This document shows, piece after piece, positions 8,916-16,575 of a DNA stretch of 17,136 nt. Source of the DNA: an uncultured Poribacteria bacterium (GTDB taxonomy: Bacteria > Poribacteria > WGA-4E > WGA-3G). The stretch covers positions 1-17,136 of the forward strand of contig CATQHZ020000003.1 of the NCBI GenBank assembly GCA_958296135.2. The letters run 5' to 3'. Each line of letters starts with the position of its first letter. Positions within the stretch are counted from its first letter, which is position 1. The notes beneath the pieces are model-generated. The model was given only the letters and a program-made list of their open reading frames with translations, searched no databases and had not been told where the DNA came from. Made by a program: the position numbers and the translations under genes.

Positions 8916-9076
8916 GCCGGCGCCCCGGCGCCCGGCAACGGAACGTAACGGAACGCAACCCACCGCAGGCCAGCCGCCGCCGACCGCAAATCAAAGAACC
9001 CGACGCGCGACGCCGGCGGCGACCACACGAAACCCACCACGCGGTCCACACCGCGGACCGACAAAGAAAGCCGGAC

Positions 9077-9313
9077 ATGAACACCACGAGGACACCAGAC
9101 ACGATCCACCCCCGCGTCACATACGACAGGCTCGAAGACGCCATGCGCGACGGCAAACATCGGCTTCTGCATCGGCTGCGGCGCCGAGACCGACGGCGTC
9201 GAGCCGGACGCGAGCGAGTACCGCTGCGACGAGTGCGGCGAGCGGAAGGTCTACGGGTCGAAGACCTCCTCGTGCGCAACCTGCTCCACCTCGAGCCGGC
9301 CAACACCGGCTGA
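9077..9313 (+). CDS. Small Zn-ribbon protein with two compensating frameshifts
   Basis: Removing one A at ~9155 and adding one base at ~9256 gives IHPRVTYDRLEDAMRDGNIGFCIGCGAETDGVEPDASEYRCDECGERKVYGVEDLL (GFCxxCG..VEPDA..CxxCG..VYG), a pattern I recognise from small phage/plasmid proteins. Confidence 0.8.
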   Translation: MNTTRTPDTIHPRVTYDRLEDAMRDGKHRLLHRLRRRDRRRRAGRERVPLRRVRRAEGLRVEDLLVRNLLHLEPANTG

Positions 9314-9348
9314 AGCGCCGCGCCCCGTCGGCGAGAGAGACCCGGACC

Positions 9349-9564
9349 ATGCGAATCCACATGATCAACGGCCTGCTCGGCCACGACGAAGCGACCTGCC
9401 ACATCCTCCGGATCGAACATCCGGCCACGGATGCCGAACCGGTCAGGCCCTGTGCATCTTCGCCGGGGACATGCTCCACTACAGGGACCGTACGCTCCCG
9501 TACCGGGAAGTCGACGCCGCCGGCGATGCGGCCGGCACAGAACCCACGACCGGGCTCTAACTAA
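9349..9564 (+). CDS. Small hypothetical protein, probably frameshifted near 9450
   Basis: MRIHMINGLLGHDEATCHILRIEHP; an alternative frame continues LCIFAGDMLHYRDRTLPYREVD to TAA 9560. Confidence 0.5.
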   Translation: MRIHMINGLLGHDEATCHILRIEHPATDAEPVRPCASSPGTCSTTGTVRSRTGKSTPPAMRPAQNPRPGSN

Positions 9565-9595
9565 TTGAGGCTCGGCAAGAGGAGACGACACTCCG

Positions 9596-10043
9596 ATGCC
9601 GAACAGACCGCCGAGCTGACCAACTGGAACCACCGGAGGCGCCAGCCGCTTCTTCTGCTGCCCGAAGGCCGGCCGCGCCGAACGCGACTGCGGCCTGCCG
9701 GCTGACAGCCAAGCAACAGGGAGCAAGGCCCGCGAGCCGATCAACGACCACCCGACCGTCAGCCGTCGAACTGATGCGCTGGCTCGTCCGGCTCGTAGCA
9801 CGGCCCGACGGGATCATCCTCGACCCGTTCGCAGGCTCCGGGAGCACCGGCATCGCTTGCCTGCTCGAAGGACACTCGTTCCGCGGGATCGAACAGGACG
9901 CGAAGTACGCCGCGATCGCCCACGCGCGCATCGACGCGGCGAGCAACGTCGAGCCTCGTCCGACGCGGTCCACATGCCCCACTCAAAAGAAATCCGGATC
10001 AACCCGATGCCGAGCAACGACACATCCGACCGACCCGTCCTGA
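9596..10043 (+). pseudogene. C-terminal half of a beta-class N6A/N4C DNA methyltransferase
   Basis: GGASRFFCCPKAGRAER..NDHPTV(KP)VELMRWLVRLV..ILDPFAGSGSTGIAC..GIEQD..IAHARI. Motif I FxGxG is present, but no DPPY/SPPY catalytic motif is seen upstream. Indels near 9760. Confidence 0.85.
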
Positions 10044-11360
10044 CACTGATCGCCGGGGCGCCATTCTCTGGACGGAACCGCTGGCGCAGAGCGCAGAGCA
10101 AGAGACTCCCCGAAACCGTGCACGGGACCAAGGCCGTCCCCAACCAGCACGCCGTCAACGAACAGGGCTTCCCGAACTGGACCCAGAGCTCCATCGCCAC
10201 CGGCGCACTGAACAGCACCGATGCCGGGATCCGGGCCTGGGCATACAGGATCCTCACCGGCGAGATGGAAGAGCACCTGCAGGCAGGCCGCTCCTTCGGA
10301 CTGCGCACGACACTGGCCAACGACCCCGCTCGCGAAAAGGACCGTCACCGCCGCGCGCGCAGCCGGCTACCTGGTGCACTGCCACTTCATCGGCACCGGC
10401 AGCGCACAGCTCAACGCACACCGCGCGCGCACCGGTACAACGGACCTCGCCAACGACGCCGCCGCGCTCTGGCACATGGCCCGCGAACGACTCGCGGCCA
10501 CGGCCGACCAGTACGACGGGATCGAGCTGGTCCGTAGCGAGAACAACGAGCAGGTGACGACGCACCGTTTCGAGGGCCGGACGCAGACGTTCGCGGCAGA
10601 CGCGAGCCGGCGCCTGGAGGCCGACAACGCCCTCGCAGCCGCGATCACCGAACCGAAGGCGGGCCGGCGGAAGAGTCGAGACGGCGCGCCCGGCCTGAAT
10701 CCAACAAGCGCAACCGCGGGACCCGGCAGGCCACCAGACCCGGGTACCAGGGACACCGGAACGGCCACGCCCGCCGTCTACCACGCGATGCTGCACGAGG
10801 AACCGGCGCCCCCGCCCGAGCTGCACACGCTGTTGCGCTATCTTGCCGACGCCTTCACCGCGATGGACCGCTGGCTACTCGAGGACGACAGAAACGAGAA
10901 CGCGCTGCGCCTCGACGAACGAGTCCACCTGAAGACGGCCGACATCGTCCAGGACGAGGACCCCGCGGGGACCAGCGTCCCCGCCATCACGATCACCCAC
11001 CTGCCGCCAGACGATACCCCGCCGGCGACCGACACCTACCGGGCCGAGCAGGCCGAGGAACTGCTGCAGGACATCGGCACCTGGACGATAGAGCGCGTCG
11101 AAGGCCGCTCCGTCTGGCGCACCTGGAGCAAGGAAGGTCGGCCGGCCGAAGAGATCCGAATCGCACTGCGCGGACACGGTCTCGAAGGCTGGTACGTGCA
11201 CGTCCCGCTCGACAGCGACGGCATGCCGTACGGCGTCCTCGCCTCGCTCCGGTGCTCCGACGCCGAACCGGACGCCGAGTCGAACGTCGAGGTTCCGCTC
11301 AACCGGGACGCGACAGAGATGCTGGAGCAGCTCTGCCGCTGCGTGCGAAAGCCCGAATAG
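10007..11360 (+). CDS. Degenerate zeta-toxin-like P-loop domain fused to an unknown C-terminal domain; frameshift near 10325
   Basis: PVLTLIAGAPFSGRN (Walker A-like), GRSFGLRTTL (cf. SFxFETTL), AARAAGYLVHCHFIG, SAQLNAHRAR. A Pro/Gly linker and an acidic domain of ~190 aa follow. Confidence 0.65.
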
Positions 11361-11403
11361 AGCGGGATCCACGGCCGAGCGCTTCCATGAAGGGAAAGAC
11401 CCA

Positions 11404-11757
11404 ATGTCGTTGCACCTGATGCACGTCAGCTTCCACCCGACGAACTGCACCATGCCGACGGACACGTACCGCACGATCGCGGCGATGGCCGACGTCGCCA
11501 TCCGCGGCGACAAGACGCTCGACCCGGACTGCCGCGCCGACCCGGCGCAGATCAACGTGCTGCACAACGTGCTGATCAACGAGGACGAGCCGTTCACGAC
11601 CGACCGCCAGGCGGTCGAACGCTTCGCCGCCGTGCTCGCGAGCGACGCCTTCCAAGAGGCGGCCGGAACCGAGCTGACCGAACTCGCCGGCGAGATGTCC
11701 GCAAGCCTGCGAGCCCTGGCCGCAGACCACGAAACGCTACACCTGAGCCTCGTCTGA
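11404..11757 (+). CDS. Hypothetical protein (117 aa)
   Basis: Purine-rich RBS-like GGGAAAG upstream; strong GC3 bias; acidic helical composition. Confidence 0.75.
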   Translation: MSLHLMHVSFHPTNCTMPTDTYRTIAAMADVAIRGDKTLDPDCRADPAQINVLHNVLINEDEPFTTDRQAVERFAAVLASDAFQEAAGTELTELAGEMSASLRALAADHETLHLSLV

Positions 11758-11905
11758 GCGCAAAGCGCCACGCATCGGCGTCGGTACGACGACACCAGGC
11801 CCAAGGCCCAAACACGGGCGCTACGGCAACAGAGCGCAAGGTCCCCGCACGGACGGCATGCCGTACCCTTCCGAGCGCACCCGCAAAAGAGGAAGGAAGC
11901 CGAAC

Positions 11906-12421
11906 ATGCCGAACAGACCGGTCACGCCACTGTCAACCGCAACCGCAGCGATCGTGCTCGCGTCGGCGGTCGGCGCCACGCTCGCCGCCCAGCAATTGGC
12001 CACACCCGAAATCCGCGAGATCGAGGAACTCGAGGCCAACGGCGAACGCATCTACGTGATGCGCGGCGAGCTGGGAGATACCGGAGAGCACCTCGGATTC
12101 GCAGCGGTCTGCAGCAACCGGCAGCTCGAAGTGACCGTCTTCTTCGGGAGTTTCCCAGCCCGGGGAACGCCGGTCCAGCTCGCCATACGAACAGCCAGCG
12201 GCAGTGTCGAACGATTCGGTCCGGTCGTACGGGCGAGCGGCCCGCGATCCGGGTTCCACAGCCCGCAGATCAGAAACCCGCGGGAAGTCGTCCGATTCCT
12301 CGCCAACGCACTCGAGACCGGGGCCCTGGTGTCCAACGGCTACCGCTCCTTCTGGAACCGCGTGCCGCCGGCGCAGAACCGCAACGCGCTGAGCCGCATG
12401 CGTGGATGCACACGACGATGA
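11906..12421 (+). CDS. Putative exported protein with a signal peptide (171 aa)
   Basis: RBS GAGGAAGGA; N-terminus MPNRP..TATAAIVLASAVGATLAA-QQ is hydrophobic with a plausible cleavage site; two Cys. Confidence 0.75.
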   Translation: MPNRPVTPLSTATAAIVLASAVGATLAAQQLATPEIREIEELEANGERIYVMRGELGDTGEHLGFAAVCSNRQLEVTVFFGSFPARGTPVQLAIRTASGSVERFGPVVRASGPRSGFHSPQIRNPREVVRFLANALETGALVSNGYRSFWNRVPPAQNRNALSRMRGCTRR

Positions 12422-12741
12422 ACACCACCCGAAGCGCGTTTGCGTACGAGACGCAGCTGCTGTCCCGTATCCATGGTTTGGGCGTTCTTCAACACCGACG
12501 AAGCACCCAGGGGCACGACACGGCTTCTCCCATCAACGAACAAAGCCGCACGTGTGCTGAACACGATACGGACCGACAACACATACGGCGGGACATGCAC
12601 GATGTGACCGCCGGCGCTTACGGCGGAATCGGCTCCGCCGACCCATACCTGGCAGCACGGATACTCCGATCCGCGACGCTCATCCTCGACGACAACGACT
12701 GCCTCCACTGCTGGAGTTCCGGACTCGATCCTGCGAACTGA
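12418..12741 (+). CDS. Hypothetical protein (107 aa)
   Basis: ATGA overlap with the upstream stop suggests translational coupling. Confidence 0.55.
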   Translation: MNTTRSAFAYETQLLSRIHGLGVLQHRRSTQGHDTASPINEQSRTCAEHDTDRQHIRRDMHDVTAGAYGGIGSADPYLAARILRSATLILDDNDCLHCWSSGLDPAN

Positions 12742-12795
12742 AGAACCGCAGGCGACGCTGGATGCCCCCCCGCGGCAGACCGCCGCCGTCTACCC

Positions 12796-13040
12796 CCCCT
12801 TCCGCACGCGCGCGGATCACCCCCCCCCGACACACGGCCATCGCCCGGGCCCCTTTCCGCACGCGCGCGGATCACCCGCTCGCCATGTGACCGCTCGCCA
12901 GCGGGGTCCACCCCTTCCGCACGCGCGCGGATCACCCCGCGCCACTTCCCTGCCTCCATCCGCTCCCTTACCGCGCGCGGTCACCCCACCCCCACCCGTC
13001 ACAGCACATTCCGTCCCCCTTCCGCGCGCGCAGACCACCC
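12796..13040. repeat. Array of five palindromic direct repeats (core TTCCGCACGCGCGCGGATCACCC) with unique spacers, upstream of ardC
   Basis: Identical 23-bp cores at 12800, 12855 and 12915; degenerate copies at ~12968 and 13020; periods 55, 60, 53 and 52 bp; stem TCCGC/GCGGA. Confidence 0.9.
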
Positions 13041-13060
13041 CACGCCACCGGAGCCACACC

Positions 13061-13963
13061 ATGAACCAGCGACTCGAGAACTACGCCCGCACCTTCGCCG
13101 ACCGCATCATCGAGGCCCTCCAGGCCGGCGCCGCCCCCTGGCAGAAACCGTGGAAGCCCGGCGAGTTCACCGGTCCCACCAACTTCACCACGCAACGCAG
13201 GTACCGCGGCAACAACTGGATCCTGCTGATGGCCACCGCCGCGACGCGGGGCTACGCCGACAACCGCTGGGCCGGGTTCGGCCAGATCCGGGCCACCGGC
13301 GGCATGGTGCGCAAGGGCGAGAAGGGCACGCCCATCCTGGTCTGGCGCAACCGGGCGGCCAAGGCGGCCACCGACCCCGAAACCGACGAGGAGACTCGCC
13401 CCTCGTTCTACGCCACCGTCCACAACGTCTTCAACGTGGAGCAGGCCGACGGCCTGTTGCTCGAACCGCTGAAGCCCGACGCCCCCGCCGTCGAGCCGCA
13501 GGCGGCCGTCCGGCAAGTGGCCGACGACGCGCACGTCAGAATCGTCCACGTCCCCGGCGACCGCGCCTGCTACTCGCCATCCGCGGACATGATCACCATG
13601 CCGGAAGCGGCGCAGTTCATCGGACAGGGCAGCTACGAGCACACGCTGCTACACGAGCTGGCGCACGCCACGTCCCACCCGTCCCGTCTCGACCGCCCGG
13701 CCCACAAGATCACCCAGAGCGGCAGCGCCGAATACGCCATCGAGGAGCTGCGGGCCGAGATCGCGGCGATGATGCTCGGCGAGCAGCTGCACATCGGCCA
13801 CGAGCCGCAACACGGCCACGCCTACGTAGCCGGATGGATCAAGGCGCTCGACAACGACCCGAACGCCGTCCGCAAGGCGGCGGCCGACTCCCAGCGGATC
13901 GCCGACTGGCTGACGCGCAACATCGACCGAGCCGAAGACCACGAGCCCGCAGCAGCCGCGTAA
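13061..13963 (+). CDS. ardC: ArdC antirestriction protein (ssDNA-binding DUF1738 plus zincin-like metallopeptidase domain), 300 aa
   Basis: IIEALQAGAAPWQKPW, N..T.RRYRGNN, VRKGEKGTPI, VFNVEQ, ACYSP..DMITMP, LLHELAHAT (HExxH), YAIEELRAEI, YVAGWIKAL; RBS GGAG before ATG 13061. Confidence 0.95.
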   Translation: MNQRLENYARTFADRIIEALQAGAAPWQKPWKPGEFTGPTNFTTQRRYRGNNWILLMATAATRGYADNRWAGFGQIRATGGMVRKGEKGTPILVWRNRAAKAATDPETDEETRPSFYATVHNVFNVEQADGLLLEPLKPDAPAVEPQAAVRQVADDAHVRIVHVPGDRACYSPSADMITMPEAAQFIGQGSYEHTLLHELAHATSHPSRLDRPAHKITQSGSAEYAIEELRAEIAAMMLGEQLHIGHEPQHGHAYVAGWIKALDNDPNAVRKAAADSQRIADWLTRNIDRAEDHEPAAAA

Positions 13964-13995
13964 ACCCGCAACGGTCGAACCACGATGCCGGTCAA

Positions 13996-14011
13996 GGAGT
14001 CCATGGACTCC
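13996..14011. other. Perfect 16-bp palindrome GGAGTCCATGGACTCC
   Basis: Self-complementary, 32 nt after the ardC stop; contains GGAG and an ATG. Function unknown. Confidence 0.6.
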
Positions 14012-14020
14012 AGCGCGGAT

Positions 14021-14122
14021 CCCGGAAGTACGGCCGGATCGCCCAAGTCGAACGCGCCCGGGCCGCAACAGCCGGTTGCCAACGTCCACGCCAACACCAT
14101 CCTCAAAGCCTGCGGCCTCTGA
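14021..14122 (+). pseudogene. Diverged copy of the 3' end of gene 15281..15745
   Basis: About 83% identical to 15645..15745 by manual alignment (one gap); ANVHANTILKACGL* versus VDVYANAILNAYGL*. Confidence 0.85.
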
Positions 14123-14177
14123 CGGAACAGACGGGGGCCGACGGCCAACAGGCTCACCAATTCCGAGGAACAGCCCG

Positions 14178-14606
14178 ATGCGAATCGAGATACACCGCCA
14201 CCGCCTGGCGATGTCCCCCGCCGCCGACGGCGCAATCGCCGTCGGCTATGACGTCCTCGTACCAGAAGAAGACGTCCTGCCCGGCGCACAGGGATACATC
14301 CGAATCCTGTGTGCGGGGGACCGCGAGTACTGCACCTACGCCGATGCGACCTGGGTCACCGACCTGCCGCGCGGATTCGAGCGCTACGCGAAGTGGCTCG
14401 CCCACGAGAAAGCCGCCCACCGGGAGATGCTCGCCATGGTGCACGAGCACTGCCCCGAAACACGCAAGTGGACCGAATGGCCAGTGTTCTGGGCCTTCGT
14501 CGCCCCCGACAGCAGCCAGGACACGATCCGCTTCACCGTCGAGCACCCGGAGAAGGCCGGCGCCGCAACAACGGCGTCCGACCAGGCCGGCGCACCCGCC
14601 GCATGA
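14178..14606 (+). CDS. Hypothetical protein (142 aa)
   Basis: RBS GAGGA before ATG 14178; natural composition. Confidence 0.8.
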   Translation: MRIEIHRHRLAMSPAADGAIAVGYDVLVPEEDVLPGAQGYIRILCAGDREYCTYADATWVTDLPRGFERYAKWLAHEKAAHREMLAMVHEHCPETRKWTEWPVFWAFVAPDSSQDTIRFTVEHPEKAGAATTASDQAGAPAA

Positions 14607-14697
14607 CGGCTCCACGCACGCCGACGTAGGGTACGTCAGCGTTCGTATGCTCCTCGGACGGGCGCACCCGCCGCATGACGGCTCCACGCACGCCGAC
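14589..14697. repeat. Perfect 37-bp direct repeat pair separated by 35 bp
   Basis: GGCGCACCCGCCGCATGACGGCTCCACGCACGCCGAC at 14589..14625 and 14661..14697. Confidence 0.95.
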
Positions 14698-14717
14698 AAC
14701 GGAGGACACCACCGACC

Positions 14718-15113
14718 ATGCCAGGCGACAACAAGGGCATCAGCCGAGCGATCGCAGCGCAACGAGAACGGCTCGACAAGGCCACGGCAGCGGAGTGGAT
14801 GGTCACCGCCGGAGGGATGCAGTTCTTTCCGCCAACCGGAGCCGACCGCCGCGCGGCGGCGAAGTGGCTCGCGGACAAGGAGCTGTTCCAGTTCGCGATC
14901 GCCCGGAGCAACGAGGTCCGGATCCTCTGGCAACCGAACATGCTCAACCCCGCAGTAAAGGAGCGGGTGGAAGCCGAGCGCGCCGCGGCCGAACGACGAG
15001 ATCACGAATTGGCCGAGCTGCTCCCGAAGATCCTGGGACCCAACGCAACCGACCGAACACCACCAAGCCCCGCCGTCCGGCGCGACACGCGCCACGACGG
15101 ACCTGCTGACTGA
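14718..15113 (+). CDS. Hypothetical protein (131 aa)
   Basis: RBS GGAGGA; helical composition; Pro/Arg-rich tail ending DGPAD*. Confidence 0.8.
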   Translation: MPGDNKGISRAIAAQRERLDKATAAEWMVTAGGMQFFPPTGADRRAAAKWLADKELFQFAIARSNEVRILWQPNMLNPAVKERVEAERAAAERRDHELAELLPKILGPNATDRTPPSPAVRRDTRHDGPAD

Positions 15114-15157
15114 GAGACAAGTTCAACGGGGGCCGAAGCCCAGGTCGTGGACCGCCG

Positions 15158-15219
15158 CCTTCCGCACGCGCGGATCACCCGTACCTCGCCCCCTCTCCGC
15201 GTCACACGCGGATCACCCC
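15158..15219. repeat. Two further copies of the TCCGC..GCGGATCACCC repeat, upstream of gene 15281
   Basis: TTCCGCACGCGCGGATCACCC at 15160..15180 and CTCCGCGTCACACGCGGATCACCCC at ~15195..15219 (7-bp stem TCCGCGT/ACGCGGA). Confidence 0.85.
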
Positions 15220-15280
15220 GCCAGCCCGCCCTCTTCACCCACCACGCGGCCCCGCCCCGGCCGCAGGAAGGTGCACGACG

Positions 15281-15745
15281 ATGACCACCAACGACCCGAC
15301 CGCCGCCGCCCGCGGCATCGCCGAACGCGTGATCAACATGATGGCCGGCGAAGTCGACGCCTTCGTCGACGCCGCCCACCAAGCGGAACAGGGACAGCCC
15401 CACGACCCGGAAGCGACCCAGCAGCGCATCAGCGTTGCGCGCGAGGAGCTCACCCGCAACGCCATCAACGACGTCGACGGCGTCGACGTGCGCACCGACT
15501 TCATCGACCTGCGGACCGCCCAGGACGCCGAGGCCCGCATCAGCAACCACGTCGCCGCGGCCTGCATCCGCATGAACGGGCCGTACCGGATCCGGATCCA
15601 CTGCGCCCGCGACGGCGAACGCTTCCGCGTGACGCACGTCAGCGCCCGGGAATACGCCCGGATCGCCGAGGTCGAACCCGCCCCGGCCGCAGCAGCCCGG
15701 GTCGACGTCTACGCCAACGCCATCCTCAACGCCTACGGCCTCTGA
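15281..15745 (+). CDS. Hypothetical protein (154 aa)
   Basis: AGGAAGGT upstream; very strong GC3 bias. Confidence 0.85.
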   Translation: MTTNDPTAAARGIAERVINMMAGEVDAFVDAAHQAEQGQPHDPEATQQRISVAREELTRNAINDVDGVDVRTDFIDLRTAQDAEARISNHVAAACIRMNGPYRIRIHCARDGERFRVTHVSAREYARIAEVEPAPAAAARVDVYANAILNAYGL

Positions 15746-15797
15746 GGCGCACGGCAAACGGCGCCGGCAGCACCGGAACCAACCGCGGAGAACCACG

Positions 15798-16499
15798 ATG
15801 CGAATCAAGACCATGCACATCCAGGGCTTCGACGACTCCGGCCCGGTCTGCGGCGCCGCAGGACGTGTCTGGACCGCCCCGAACTGGACCGAGACCGACA
15901 GCGACCCCGCCTTCAAACGGTGCGCGCGGTGCGAGAAGAAGCTCGGCGAAGGCGGCCCCGAACGGCTCGAGCAGGCGCGCGAGGAGCTCGCCAGGGTGCG
16001 CGCCGGGCACAAAGCCGGGAAGGACGACGCAGAGAGGAACGCGCCGAGCCAGGTCAACAGCCACCCGGTCGGCAGCTTCGAAGCCGAGGAATACGCGCGA
16101 GCCTACGACGCCGGCACGATCGAACGGCTCCCGCCGAAGCCCGGCATCCGCACCACCTCGCCCGGGTTCGCCGTTTTCCTGATGACCCTGGAAGCGGCCA
16201 AAGGCCGCGCCCACGACTACAACGACGGGGAGCGGACCATCATCACCCGCGCGATCAACCGCGCGAACAAGAGCCTGGCGAACCGGCCCACACCCTGCGG
16301 CCGGAGATCCGGCCGCGTCACCGAGCGGAAAGGGCTCAACGGCCCGATCACCCGCGAGTTCACCGCGACATGCACGCTGCCGGCCGGACACGCCGGCTGC
16401 CACGAAGACGAGAACGAACCCACGGCCAGCGGTCGACCGTTCAGTTGGGGCGACCCGTTCCGCGCATCGCCGAGACCCGCCAGCGAATCCGGGAGCTGA
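15798..16499 (+). CDS. Hypothetical protein (233 aa) with putative Zn-binding motifs
   Basis: RBS GGAG; N-terminal CG..CARC and C-terminal C..CTLPAGHAGCH (C2H2-like). Confidence 0.75.
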   Translation: MRIKTMHIQGFDDSGPVCGAAGRVWTAPNWTETDSDPAFKRCARCEKKLGEGGPERLEQAREELARVRAGHKAGKDDAERNAPSQVNSHPVGSFEAEEYARAYDAGTIERLPPKPGIRTTSPGFAVFLMTLEAAKGRAHDYNDGERTIITRAINRANKSLANRPTPCGRRSGRVTERKGLNGPITREFTATCTLPAGHAGCHEDENEPTASGRPFSWGDPFRASPRPASESGS

Positions 16500-16575
16500 T
16501 CCGGGCAGCCGACCGCCTCGACGCCTTCACCGGCTGAACCACAGGGCGCGACCGCCCAACGCGGGAAACAACGGC

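Noticed and set aside
8935-8960. Short tandem AACGGAACG duplication
   Set aside because: Two copies of a low-complexity 9-mer; probably slippage.
12796-13040. Canonical CRISPR array call
   Set aside because: No cas genes, no AT-rich leader, irregular period and compositionally local spacers. Kept as a repeat and a finding instead.
13150-14958. 602-aa ORF and other long Arg/Pro-rich alternative-frame ORFs
   Set aside because: Shadow frames of ardC and neighbouring genes in high-GC DNA; unnatural composition.
14021-15745. DGR template/variable repeat pair (also considered for 5621..5713 versus 8471..8563)
   Set aside because: Mismatches are not adenine-specific (about 6 of 16 at A in the first pair, mostly G/C changes in the second) and no reverse transcriptase is present.
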